In this document: positions 53,081 to 62,230 of the stretch, one piece after another
Numbering within the stretch: position 1 is the first letter of the stretch
How the letters are laid out: each line of letters starts with the position of its first letter
Origin: a virus
DNA length: 64,000 bases
Reading direction: 5' to 3' (one strand)
Virus record (IMG/VR): IMGVR_UViG_3300045988_177924
Notes under the pieces: generated by a model
Told to the model about the DNA's origin: nothing
Seen by the model: the letters and a program-made list of their open reading frames with translations, nothing else
The model's database searches: none
Translations under genes and position numbers: made by a program

Positions 53081-53641
53081 ATGGCAAAAGTGTTTAGAGC
53101 GGCTGAAATGATGTCGGAAGACGTTCAGTCCTATGTAATTTCCTGCCAATACCAAGCTAACAGCGTCGACGCTCCTATCGAAGACGGCGCGTTTGTTAAA
53201 CTTGGCGAACTCAAAGACGATAAAACTTATGTTGCAGCTGGCGATAAAGATTACAACGTTTATCTCGCTGCTGCGCCGACCGCTGTGACCGACGAAGTTG
53301 TCGTTATCGATTATCCTGGCGTTTCTGAAGGAGCTATCTCTGGTAACTCTTATAGAATTGGCGTCAAACTTTTTGACCTTGTAGCACCTGCTGGCCGTCC
53401 TGTTCGTGCTCGCAGACTTGCTCTCCATGACAGATTCTGGCTTGGCGAAGGCAACTTTAATGGTGCTGTTGTCGTTGGCAACATCGCGGGTCTTGAAGCA
53501 AACAAAACGACCCTTAAAGACAGTGGTGCGCAAACTATTGTTGAGGGTCAACTCAATGTCAAAATTCACCTCGGCAAAGATTTCAACTATGGCCAGTCGG
53601 CCAATGGCAAACTCTATCTTTGCGAAGTCGTTGGACTTTAA
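53081..53641 (+). CDS. virion structural protein (possible head decoration or accessory capsid protein) (186 aa)
   Basis: SD AAAGGAGAAAA in a leader shared with 59455; directly upstream of the major capsid gene. Confidence 0.5.
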   Translation: MAKVFRAAEMMSEDVQSYVISCQYQANSVDAPIEDGAFVKLGELKDDKTYVAAGDKDYNVYLAAAPTAVTDEVVVIDYPGVSEGAISGNSYRIGVKLFDLVAPAGRPVRARRLALHDRFWLGEGNFNGAVVVGNIAGLEANKTTLKDSGAQTIVEGQLNVKIHLGKDFNYGQSANGKLYLCEVVGL

Positions 53642-53660
53642 TTAAGGGAGGACTACAGCA

Positions 53661-54758
53661 ATGATGGAACATTTCAATTTTAATAGTCAAGACGACAATT
53701 TCAACGCAATCATCAATTCGATCGTTGAAAGTGCTCAAGCTCATTATGAAGCAAAATCTGAGCCCTCGAAAGACGACCTCAGACTCCAAAACGAAGCAAT
53801 CGTTAAATACGCGCTTGAAGGCACCCGTTTCGAAGCTAAATTCGAGCAGGAAGGCCTTGCTTGCATGAAGAATCCTCAAATCACGAAAAACGAAACCGTT
53901 CGTAGCAACTTCGAAGCTGTTATCGCTGAAGTAGTCAATGCGATCGCTCCGTCGGTTACCAGTGCGGATTATTCGAGATTCCTTGCTGAAGTTCGTCAAA
54001 TCGGTTGGGGCGACACTGGTCGTTTCATTATCCGTTCTAACGAGCTCTTCAAAGTCAACGAAATCGCAGAAGGTGTAAACCGTGGTGTATTGCAACCCAT
54101 CTTCGATAACGAAGTTACGGTTAACCCCTCGCCGATCGAAATCGCAACGGCTATTGACTGGTATGCAGTCGCGGCTGGTGTGTTCGATTGGGGTGACTTC
54201 GGTCTCCGTGCTGGTCGTTCGTTCGAAGCATATATCTTCCTGAAAGTTATTGCTGCTATGACTTCGGTCACGGGCGATATGATGGGCGCTGGTTATATTG
54301 CTAACGGCTACACTCCCGCTAACTGGACCGGCCTTGTTCAGAAAGTTTCGGCGGCAAACGGTGGCGCTCCCGTTTATGCAATTGGTTCGCTTGGTGCGTT
54401 GATGAAAGTCAACACCACGGGTGCTAACGGCCTTGGCCTTCAATATTTTGTTGGCGAAGATTATCTCTCCAAGGGCTATCTTGATAAATTCCTTGGCGCG
54501 AGAATGATTCCCGTTGATCCCGCTCTCGTTCCGACAACCATCAATACGACGGCTGACCTTGCGGTTCCCGATAACAAGATTTATCTGGTTGCGGCAGATG
54601 CGTACAAACCTGTTAAGATCGTTTTCGAAGGCACTTCGATGACGGTTGAAAGAATCCCCGAAGAAACCACTGACAAGAGATACGGTATCCGTATTCAAAT
54701 GAGGGTTGGTGTTTCGGCGATCGTTGGTTCGAAATTTGGTCGTATCGATCTTCAATAA
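53661..54758 (+). CDS. probable major capsid protein (365 aa)
   Basis: SD AAGGGAGGA; position after the scaffold-like gene; G+C-richer biased codon use; strong terminator follows. Confidence 0.55.
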   Translation: MMEHFNFNSQDDNFNAIINSIVESAQAHYEAKSEPSKDDLRLQNEAIVKYALEGTRFEAKFEQEGLACMKNPQITKNETVRSNFEAVIAEVVNAIAPSVTSADYSRFLAEVRQIGWGDTGRFIIRSNELFKVNEIAEGVNRGVLQPIFDNEVTVNPSPIEIATAIDWYAVAAGVFDWGDFGLRAGRSFEAYIFLKVIAAMTSVTGDMMGAGYIANGYTPANWTGLVQKVSAANGGAPVYAIGSLGALMKVNTTGANGLGLQYFVGEDYLSKGYLDKFLGARMIPVDPALVPTTINTTADLAVPDNKIYLVAADAYKPVKIVFEGTSMTVERIPEETTDKRYGIRIQMRVGVSAIVGSKFGRIDLQ

Positions 54759-54777
54759 TTAATTTAAAGTCTAATTA

Positions 54778-54803
54778 GGGCCTCCTTTTGGAGGCCCTTG
54801 TTG
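54778..54803 (+). terminator. rho-independent terminator
   Basis: GGGCCTCC-TTTT-GGAGGCCC then TTGTTG. Confidence 0.75.
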
Positions 54804-54845
54804 AGACTTATTATCTTAGATTTTTAGTTCACAAGGAGACTTATT

Positions 54846-55538
54846 ATGGCAAATAACAAGGAAGCTACCCAGACGGTAGAAAAGGCAATAAAAGAAGAAA
54901 AGGTTGTAAAAACTGAAATTAAACCTGATAACAAACAGGAAGAAATAGATTTTTTGCGTAATCAAAACGCAGAACTTCAAGATGCAATGAAGTCTTTGAT
55001 GGCTCAGTTTGCAGAATTGAAGAATAATATAGCGACGCCTGTTGCTCAATCGACGAGTTATAATCGTAATGACGAAGTGACGATTGTCCATCTGTTTGAT
55101 AATGCGCCTGGTATTACCACACACATCGATCTGTCAAATTATTCTATTGATATGGCAGCATTCGGCGAAGTAAGAACTCTTACGGTTCAACAATTTGAAG
55201 AGTTGGTCGGCAGATATCGCTCTTGGTTTGATCGTGGTATTATTGCTGTCGGTGCTGGTTCGGAATACTATGCACGTCGTAACAATCTTAAAATGGCGTC
55301 TGAGTCGTTGATAAGCTCTGAGTTTATTCGCAAACTTGGTACACTTCCTATGAATGAAGTGCAGGATATTTATGAAAAAGTTTGCGATGGTCAAAAAGAT
55401 TTCATTGTAAGTTACTGGAAACGTAAATTCATTGAAAAAGCACCGGAATTCAGAGATTTGAAAAAGTTGCAGATTCTTAATGGTTTTACCAACAACGCGT
55501 TCGAGTACGAAATCCTCGAGCTAACTACTAACAAATAA
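54846..55538 (+). CDS. hypothetical virion-module protein (230 aa)
   Basis: SD AAGGAGA. Confidence 0.6.
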   Translation: MANNKEATQTVEKAIKEEKVVKTEIKPDNKQEEIDFLRNQNAELQDAMKSLMAQFAELKNNIATPVAQSTSYNRNDEVTIVHLFDNAPGITTHIDLSNYSIDMAAFGEVRTLTVQQFEELVGRYRSWFDRGIIAVGAGSEYYARRNNLKMASESLISSEFIRKLGTLPMNEVQDIYEKVCDGQKDFIVSYWKRKFIEKAPEFRDLKKLQILNGFTNNAFEYEILELTTNK

Positions 55539-55557
55539 TTTTTAATAGGGGGTCGTT

Positions 55558-56250
55558 ATGATTCTATTTGAAGATATTTTTAATCGCGCGGTGAATTTAT
55601 TCGATGACCCCGATATTTTACGTGCTTATGAACTCAACCCCGTTGAATTTTCAAAAACAATGAGACCATACTTGATTAACGGCTTAGGGATGTTTGCAAA
55701 TCCCACAACAGTTTCCTCAAGGTTTTCTAATTATACAGAAGCTCAAGGAAGGTTAGAGGTTTTTGACGGCAACGGTGGCGCTAGTTATACTTTGTCTACG
55801 ACTCCGCTGGATAATGCGGTAATGAGTTTTTTCATTGGAAAAACACCCGATCCACTGGCGGAGTACAATCCCGAAACCAAAGTCGTGACATTCTCGCACG
55901 ACGTGCCAAACGGAACACCTTGTTCGGCTGAGTGGTATTATGCTGGCGAGTTTGCGGCAGATTTCACAGGGTTTTCGTCAAACATTTCGTCTGCGTTTAT
56001 AGAATCGCGTACGAAAGATATTTTAGCACACTGTTTGCTTTTGGGGTGGGCTGAGAATGAAAAGAACTTCATGTTGGATATTCGCAATATTTTAACTGAT
56101 ACAGATTTTAAATTACATTCGCCGGCCAATTCTGTAAGAGCAAAAACCGAGTGGTACCAAAATATCCGTGAAGGTTTAAATGATTTGACACAGAAGTTAT
56201 CATGGGATTTATGGTCAGGAGCAATTGGAGGTAAACAAATTGGCAAATAA
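55558..56250 (+). CDS. hypothetical virion-module protein (230 aa)
   Basis: SD TAGGGGG. Confidence 0.6.
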   Translation: MILFEDIFNRAVNLFDDPDILRAYELNPVEFSKTMRPYLINGLGMFANPTTVSSRFSNYTEAQGRLEVFDGNGGASYTLSTTPLDNAVMSFFIGKTPDPLAEYNPETKVVTFSHDVPNGTPCSAEWYYAGEFAADFTGFSSNISSAFIESRTKDILAHCLLLGWAENEKNFMLDIRNILTDTDFKLHSPANSVRAKTEWYQNIREGLNDLTQKLSWDLWSGAIGGKQIGK

Positions 56251-56563
56251 GTTAATACTACCCTTAGAGGCAAAAAAAGATTACCTTCACAAACTGAGTA
56301 AGCGATGTATAAAAATTCTGTATCTTATTGAAGATGAAACCAAAAACACTGTTCAAGATGAACATAGAATCACTGCGGATGATTATATTGTAAGCCAGTT
56401 GTTTGAGGTGAATTCGGCCAATATTTTATTTGATGGTGCTTTGGTTGATGTAATTGTAAAACTAAACGGTATTCGAGATTATAAAAATCTCCCTTATTCG
56501 TTGGTGCGGAAACAAATTTTTGAAACCAAAGGCATTATCGATCATTTGTTAAAAAGCTTGTGA
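56225..56563 (+). CDS. hypothetical virion-module protein (112 aa)
   Basis: ORF track; overlaps the upstream gene by 26 nt. Confidence 0.5.
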   Translation: MEVNKLANKLILPLEAKKDYLHKLSKRCIKILYLIEDETKNTVQDEHRITADDYIVSQLFEVNSANILFDGALVDVIVKLNGIRDYKNLPYSLVRKQIFETKGIIDHLLKSL

Positions 56564-56582
56564 TAATGAGGAGGTGGTGCGA

Positions 56583-57725
56583 ATGGGTAAAGTTTATGAT
56601 ACTACAAACAGACCAAATCCTTATAATTTGATTTCACAAACTCCACGCAATTACGTACCTCAAAATTATTGGCTAAAAGAAATTCAAGATAAGGTAGATG
56701 CCGACTGGGATTATCGTCCCAATCGTGCATTGATTGAACAAGAGACGGCAATTGGGACAAACCAGTTCGTCCCCTTGGAGGTCGTTTTACAAACAGTTAA
56801 AACCGATAAAGGCGTTCCGATTTCTGACGACTGGCGTCGCGTGGTATTTCGCGATGTGCACTATCAATGTCCCTTGGGATTAAAATTTAAATTTTCATTC
56901 CAATATGATATTGATGAGCCAGAGGAAAACAAGAGTATTTGGTTAACGACTAACCGTAATACCGGTGGCGCAACCGCAAGCGCCATTATTGCGCGATGCA
57001 ACGGTACTTTAGGTAGCGAATACTTAGACGCTCAAGGTATAACACATTATCATTATGAGCCTGCAGTTCAAACAAAAGAGCTTGCTGGCGTTAACATAGT
57101 GTATAATCAGACAGCGGTAAGCCAATCATCGGATTTAACCGTAATTGTGCAGCACAATGAGTTTACGCGTAAATATTATGTCAACCAACGGTTTATTGTT
57201 GGATATGATCAAGTTTATCGTATACAAGCAATTAGCAAATTTGCTTCAAATCGCACATTTGTGGATGATGATTTAGGAACAATTATTCTGTATTTTGAAG
57301 TTGTCCAAAAATCTGAATACGATAATTTTCAAACGCGCATTGCGTATAACCAAAAAGAAAGCGTTGTTGTTGAAGAAACTGGCACAGAAACGGATTATCA
57401 AATCCGATTAGACGAACCATCTGTTATTCCCGAAACGCTTTCAAATGAGCCGTTGATATTTAAGCCTGTGGTATATGCTTCTGGTGTATCTACCGATACG
57501 CCGGTTGTAACTACGTATCAACTTATGAATGCCTCTAGTCCACCACAACCCGTTGACGATTCAGTTAGAGACAAATATGTCAAATTTGAGCAATTGGAAG
57601 GTAATAGCTTTTCGTTGCAAAAATTAAAATTCTATCCGGCGGGGAATTTAGAAGTTACCTGCAAGGCAATTCTTGAAGGTGTGGACGTGACATATAAATT
57701 TAATATTTCACTAAGGGGGTTATAA
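56583..57725 (+). CDS. hypothetical virion-module protein (380 aa)
   Basis: SD GAGGAGG 8 nt before ATG 56583. Confidence 0.6.
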   Translation: MGKVYDTTNRPNPYNLISQTPRNYVPQNYWLKEIQDKVDADWDYRPNRALIEQETAIGTNQFVPLEVVLQTVKTDKGVPISDDWRRVVFRDVHYQCPLGLKFKFSFQYDIDEPEENKSIWLTTNRNTGGATASAIIARCNGTLGSEYLDAQGITHYHYEPAVQTKELAGVNIVYNQTAVSQSSDLTVIVQHNEFTRKYYVNQRFIVGYDQVYRIQAISKFASNRTFVDDDLGTIILYFEVVQKSEYDNFQTRIAYNQKESVVVEETGTETDYQIRLDEPSVIPETLSNEPLIFKPVVYASGVSTDTPVVTTYQLMNASSPPQPVDDSVRDKYVKFEQLEGNSFSLQKLKFYPAGNLEVTCKAILEGVDVTYKFNISLRGL

Positions 57726-57731
57726 GGTATT

Positions 57732-58424
57732 ATGGCAGGATATCAAGGTAGTTATGATGAGATGAGCAACTATAATAGGTTTACCAACCTTGACAGCATC
57801 GAGTGGAAAATCATATCCCATTTGTTGTATAGTCAAACGAAAAATGCTCAAAATATTTGGAAAATCTTAAAGTATCCAACCATGGATTGTTTGTTTAAAG
57901 ACAATGTTTCACTCGAAGAGCGTTATGCTCTAATCGACACTGAAGATGGTCAAGAAACAAATAAAAGAGTGTTTTTATCCAGATATGTTGACGACGCGTG
58001 GACTGAACAATGTGCACATCTCCATATTTATATAGACGGCATTTTCCCGACTAACCACGAGGTTGCTGTAGTTAATATTGCGTTAGAAACAATTTCACAC
58101 AGCAAGATTATTAAAATTATGGGAGATGCCGACGCACAAGATATAAACCCCTTACTTCCCAATCCGAATCCCAACGATTCGGATAAAAAAGGAGAAGCGG
58201 TGGTTTTATATAAAAATCGCGAGAGCGTTCTGTTAAAGAGCGTGATTGCAGAGTTGAACGGTTTGTATTTGGATGGAATTGGGTACTTCCAGTTTAACCA
58301 AAAAACAAATTATTATAACAACTCACAACAAAATTTGTGGAATGGTCGAACCTATCTGGGCCACGTTACCAAGATGGCAATGTTGGTATCAGGATTAGCG
58401 GAAGGACCGAATAGCAATTTCTAA
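57732..58424 (+). CDS. hypothetical virion-module protein (230 aa)
   Basis: SD AAGGGGG. Confidence 0.6.
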   Translation: MAGYQGSYDEMSNYNRFTNLDSIEWKIISHLLYSQTKNAQNIWKILKYPTMDCLFKDNVSLEERYALIDTEDGQETNKRVFLSRYVDDAWTEQCAHLHIYIDGIFPTNHEVAVVNIALETISHSKIIKIMGDADAQDINPLLPNPNPNDSDKKGEAVVLYKNRESVLLKSVIAELNGLYLDGIGYFQFNQKTNYYNNSQQNLWNGRTYLGHVTKMAMLVSGLAEGPNSNF

Positions 58425-58497
58425 AGGATTTCAATAGCTTAAAATGAGCGCAATATATTAATAGCTACTGAAATATAAGGATGAGAGGGAGGATAGA

Positions 58498-59421
58498 ATG
58501 GACAGATATGGGTGTTTGAACGAAAAAATAGCCAACGAAATTCAACAGTATGAGGCTACGTATTTTACCTATGATGAACCCGTTCCCTTTTGTGGGTTAC
58601 AAATTTATCCAATAATTATGCGGAACTACAACGATTTTATGTTGGTAAATCCGTGTTTAACGTTGAATAAAAACGAAACCCTTGAAGGCCTTAAACAAAC
58701 TCATCTAGATTTTTTGATCGGAAAACTTAATGATCAAGAAGAAGGACAACTTTGGACTCTTCGTTTGAGTAAGTTGTTTGAGTTGATTTTCCATTTAAAA
58801 GATGGGGTGTGGTGCCCTCAATGTGGCAACACAATGACTTACGCCGAGTTTATAACTCAACACAGAGAAATTCTCACTCAGGAAAAACCAGAAGAGGAAA
58901 AGTTGGTGGCTTGTCCCAAGTGTGGTTCAACACAACTTGAGGCAATGATACGGTATGTTGCAGATCCGGAAACGAAGAAGTATAAGTTAGTCGTAGCGGG
59001 ACATTCAATCGACGCTGCGGCGTTTGAGCGTTTAAGGCAAATTGTAATGTATCAGAATTTACCTGATTATTATGATGACAGCAAGATTGATCCTGACTTG
59101 AAGGCTGACTACGCAGAACGTATCAGAATCAAAAGCCAAAAGAGTGGAAAAGCGACCACTGAGAAAAAGATGGTGTGTGTTTCGGCTAAAACCAGCTATA
59201 AGCTGAGCGAGCTGTATGATATGCCAATCCGAAAGTTCTTGATGTTGTTAACGACGGTCGATGATGTAATCCAATATGAGGCCACTCGTGTTGGTATGAT
59301 GACCGGAATGGTTTCAATGAAAGAACCGCCTGAACATTGGATATATAAAAAAGAGACAGATGTTTTGGGCGACGCTTACAGGACTCTTGATGAATTCAAG
59401 GGTGAAATGTCTCAAATCTAA
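58498..59421 (+). CDS. hypothetical protein with zinc ribbon (307 aa)
   Basis: SD GAGGGAGGA; CPQCG..CPKCG. Confidence 0.6.
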   Translation: MDRYGCLNEKIANEIQQYEATYFTYDEPVPFCGLQIYPIIMRNYNDFMLVNPCLTLNKNETLEGLKQTHLDFLIGKLNDQEEGQLWTLRLSKLFELIFHLKDGVWCPQCGNTMTYAEFITQHREILTQEKPEEEKLVACPKCGSTQLEAMIRYVADPETKKYKLVVAGHSIDAAAFERLRQIVMYQNLPDYYDDSKIDPDLKADYAERIRIKSQKSGKATTEKKMVCVSAKTSYKLSELYDMPIRKFLMLLTTVDDVIQYEATRVGMMTGMVSMKEPPEHWIYKKETDVLGDAYRTLDEFKGEMSQI

Positions 59422-59454
59422 AAACATAATTTAATTATATAAGGAGAAACTAAT

Positions 59455-60471
59455 ATGGCAAAATATTTTTTAGGCTCCGTTGGTAGCGCTGAAGCTTTCC
59501 GTATGGTTAATGGCCAACCGAAAATGGCTTTCGTCGCAAAGACTTTGACGGACTCTTCGATTTCTGTCACGATCACGAAAGACGAACTTCGTGGTGGTAC
59601 TGGCGCACCTGTTGTGACCAACTTCTTCCACGATCCTGCAGTGGCAATTACGCTTACTGACATTCTTTTCAAAGAAGGTTATGTTGAGGCACAACTTGGT
59701 ACCAACTTCACCGCTTCTGCGGAAGCTTATCAGAGCGAAACCATCAAAGCGGCTGAAGCCGGAAAACTCGTTTTGAGCAAAACCCCTGTTGATCTGGGTG
59801 TTTTAAAATGCAGTGACGGCGGCACCATTATTGCTTGGTATTCCGAAGAAGGGAAAGACGACTATAAGGCCGTTATTATTTCTGCTGTGGATGCTGGTAC
59901 GAAAACCTTGAGCGACAGCGGTATCGAAAATGGCAAAACCTATTGCGTACGTTATCTTGCGTCTGATAACAATGCCCTCGAAGCAATCGTTAAGAGCGAT
60001 ATGATTCCTCATGAACTTGCTCTTATTATTACGGTTCCTATTTTTGCAGGCGATGCTTGTGCGGCTTCTAAAGGCAGCAAGGCTGGTACGCTCACCTTCG
60101 AAGTTCCGAGATTCCAACTTGATGGTGGCCAAGAATTCACGTTCAATATGAGCTCGAATGCCACGATGAACCTCAATGGTACTGCTATGGTTATGACCGA
60201 AGGTTGTGACGTTAATAGTGGTAAACTCTTCCGCATGATCGAGGTGATTGAGGGTAGAGTTGTGGAAGACATCATGATTGATGAAGCAACGGCAAAAGTT
60301 GGAGCATCCAAAGAAGACGTCGTTGTTTATGCACTTTATAGCGATAAAAAGATAGCCGTTGTGAACAATCCTGAACTTTCTGGTGCAGCGATTGGCGAAG
60401 ACGGTATTTTGAAAGCTGGTGAACTTACCGCTGCTGCTCTTGGCAAGACTGCGAGCTATACGATTGAATAA
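59455..60471 (+). CDS. abundant virion protein, possibly major tail/tube-like (338 aa)
   Basis: same leader and MAK start as 53081; biased codon use; N-terminus loosely resembles major tail proteins. Confidence 0.4.
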   Translation: MAKYFLGSVGSAEAFRMVNGQPKMAFVAKTLTDSSISVTITKDELRGGTGAPVVTNFFHDPAVAITLTDILFKEGYVEAQLGTNFTASAEAYQSETIKAAEAGKLVLSKTPVDLGVLKCSDGGTIIAWYSEEGKDDYKAVIISAVDAGTKTLSDSGIENGKTYCVRYLASDNNALEAIVKSDMIPHELALIITVPIFAGDACAASKGSKAGTLTFEVPRFQLDGGQEFTFNMSSNATMNLNGTAMVMTEGCDVNSGKLFRMIEVIEGRVVEDIMIDEATAKVGASKEDVVVYALYSDKKIAVVNNPELSGAAIGEDGILKAGELTAAALGKTASYTIE

Positions 60472-60473
60472 TT

Positions 60474-60659
60474 ATGAGTAAATATCACAATTGCCTTCAC
60501 GCCGAGGGCGATGGATTTGATTGTTTTAAATGTTCAATTTTTATTGAACAAAAACAGGATAATTCAATTTGCCCTTTTCAGCGTTATTGTCACAACGAAA
60601 AACGCTGGGTTTCTACAAATTGTAAGGACAATTGTAAAAATTTTCAGTCGGCAAATTGA
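60474..60659 (+). CDS. hypothetical Cys-rich protein (61 aa)
   Basis: ORF track; no clear SD. Confidence 0.3.
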   Translation: MSKYHNCLHAEGDGFDCFKCSIFIEQKQDNSICPFQRYCHNEKRWVSTNCKDNCKNFQSAN

Positions 60660-60716
60660 TTTTAAGGATTTTTGGGGTCGTACATTTGTGTATGGCCCCA
60701 ATTTTCTCTTTTACAA

Positions 60717-60732
60717 ATAGACACGTGTCTAT
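60717..60732. promoter_or_regulatory. perfect 16-bp palindrome ATAGACACGTGTCTAT upstream of the holin gene
   Basis: read directly; followed by hairpin CCCACA-GCG-TGTGGG at 60751-60765. Confidence 0.5.
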
Positions 60733-60805
60733 CCTAACTATGAAAACAATCCCACAGCGTGTGGGTACAAATAAAAATATCATTTTATTTAACGAGGTGG
60801 AATCC

Positions 60806-61132
60806 ATGAGTAATGTAGATATTGGATTAATCGTCTCACTTGTTAGTGTTGTCGTTGCTGCGATTACTGCTATGGTTGCAATGTTTACAAAACTGAAAAA
60901 GAAGTTTGGCGAATTAGCAAAAGATGGCAATTGGAAAAAACTTTATCCTATGATTTTGCGGGCTATGGCAGATGCCGAAGCCACTGGGCAATCTGGGGCA
61001 GAAAAAAAAGAAATTGTTATGGCAGCTGTGGATTCTTTTGCGAAGGAATTAGGTGTTCAATATGAGGCTGATCAAATTTCCGACGCAATTGAATTTATTA
61101 TTGATTTTTCAAAAAAAGTAAATAAGAAGTGA
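60806..61132 (+). CDS. holin, LL-H-like family (108 aa)
   Basis: SD GAGGTGG before ATG 60806; one N-terminal TM helix (IGLIVSLVSVVVAAITAMVAMF), then GAEKKEIVMAAVDSFAKELGV...ISDAIEFII typical of LL-H-type holins as I recall them. Confidence 0.5.
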   Translation: MSNVDIGLIVSLVSVVVAAITAMVAMFTKLKKKFGELAKDGNWKKLYPMILRAMADAEATGQSGAEKKEIVMAAVDSFAKELGVQYEADQISDAIEFIIDFSKKVNKK

Positions 61133-61142
61133 GGGGAAAATT

Positions 61143-61349
61143 ATGGGACAAAAATATGAAGGCACACTGATTATTCAAACCAACGATAATTATAGTCCTA
61201 CGGGCGAATATCGTTTGGAGTCAATACCTGATCTGGCATCCGAAGAAGACATCCTGAAAGGTAAAAAAGCTTATGGAGCACAGGGCGTGGTATTGAACGG
61301 GTCTTATGTCGCACCGGAGAAAGATCCTGAACCTGAACCTGCGGCGTAA
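61143..61349 (+). CDS. hypothetical protein, paralog A (68 aa)
   Basis: SD GAGGGGAAAA; N-terminus MGQKYEGTLIIQTNDNYSPTG identical to the next ORF. Confidence 0.55.
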   Translation: MGQKYEGTLIIQTNDNYSPTGEYRLESIPDLASEEDILKGKKAYGAQGVVLNGSYVAPEKDPEPEPAA

Positions 61350-61409
61350 ACAACTATCGCAAAAGCATCCACACTATTGGTTATGGGTGATTTGGCAGGA
61401 GGAGAAAGT

Positions 61410-61730
61410 ATGGGACAAAAATACGAGGGGACGCTAATTATCCAAACTAATGATAATTATAGTCCAACAGGAGATTATGTATTAACCCCTCTTGGCAATC
61501 AGGCAGATGCGGCCAAGGTTTTAAAGGGTTATTCAGCTTACGATTCGTATGGAAAGGTAATTAATGGTACTGGAGAACTTGGTTCGATCGAAAACCCCAT
61601 TATAGCCAAAACCGAAGAAGAGATGAACAAGCTGAATGTGAGTGAGTTTTTTGGCAAATTTGTTAAGTATGTGGGACCGACCACGGAAAAATATGTTCAA
61701 AACGCTTACTATATAATTACAGAGGGTTAA
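61410..61730 (+). CDS. hypothetical protein, paralog B (106 aa)
   Basis: SD GGAGGAGAAAG before ATG 61410. Confidence 0.55.
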   Translation: MGQKYEGTLIIQTNDNYSPTGDYVLTPLGNQADAAKVLKGYSAYDSYGKVINGTGELGSIENPIIAKTEEEMNKLNVSEFFGKFVKYVGPTTEKYVQNAYYIITEG

Positions 61731-61733
61731 AAG

Positions 61734-62204
61734 ATGATTCAAAGAATTATGATTGCTGATTATAATCAGCTGCTTAACACTCCAATTGAGAACAAAGATC
61801 TGAGTTCTTTTTCTCCGAAGGACGCAAGCGATAATAAAATCTATCATCATCTTGGTGCCACAACGGAGAAATTAGAACACAACGGTCTATATCGTTCAGA
61901 TGGTTCTAATTGGATAGCCTTGGATTCAACCGAGGAACTACAAAAGTATCAACAAAAATTAACAGCTGGTTCTGGAATTACAATTGACGAAAATAACGTT
62001 ATTTCTGCTTCGGGCGTTACCGCAGGGGCTGTTCAAGTGAGTACACGCGAACAACTACCCACTGTTGGCGATGTTGGTGGTGTGTACTTTGTATTATCAG
62101 AACAAGCAACCTATTGCTGGGATAAGGAAGAAAAATCTTATAAAAGCATGGGACAAAATTACGAGCATTTTATTTTCAATGGCGGAGACGCGTTGAATGA
62201 ATGA
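61734..62204 (+). CDS. tail-fibre-associated protein (156 aa)
   Basis: SD AGAGGG; LTAGSGITIDENNVISA fibre-like repeat. Confidence 0.4.
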   Translation: MIQRIMIADYNQLLNTPIENKDLSSFSPKDASDNKIYHHLGATTEKLEHNGLYRSDGSNWIALDSTEELQKYQQKLTAGSGITIDENNVISASGVTAGAVQVSTREQLPTVGDVGGVYFVLSEQATYCWDKEEKSYKSMGQNYEHFIFNGGDALNE

Positions 62205-62230
62205 CAAACTTATTCCAAAAAGGAGAGTTT

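Noticed and set aside
53583-54755. 390-aa ORF antisense to the major capsid gene (and a 171-aa ORF antisense to 53081-53641)
   Set aside because: No SD is present and the composition is arginine/serine-rich and odd. The sense genes have strong SDs, fit the operon grammar and have a terminator. A long antisense frame is expected from the biased codon use of a highly expressed gene.
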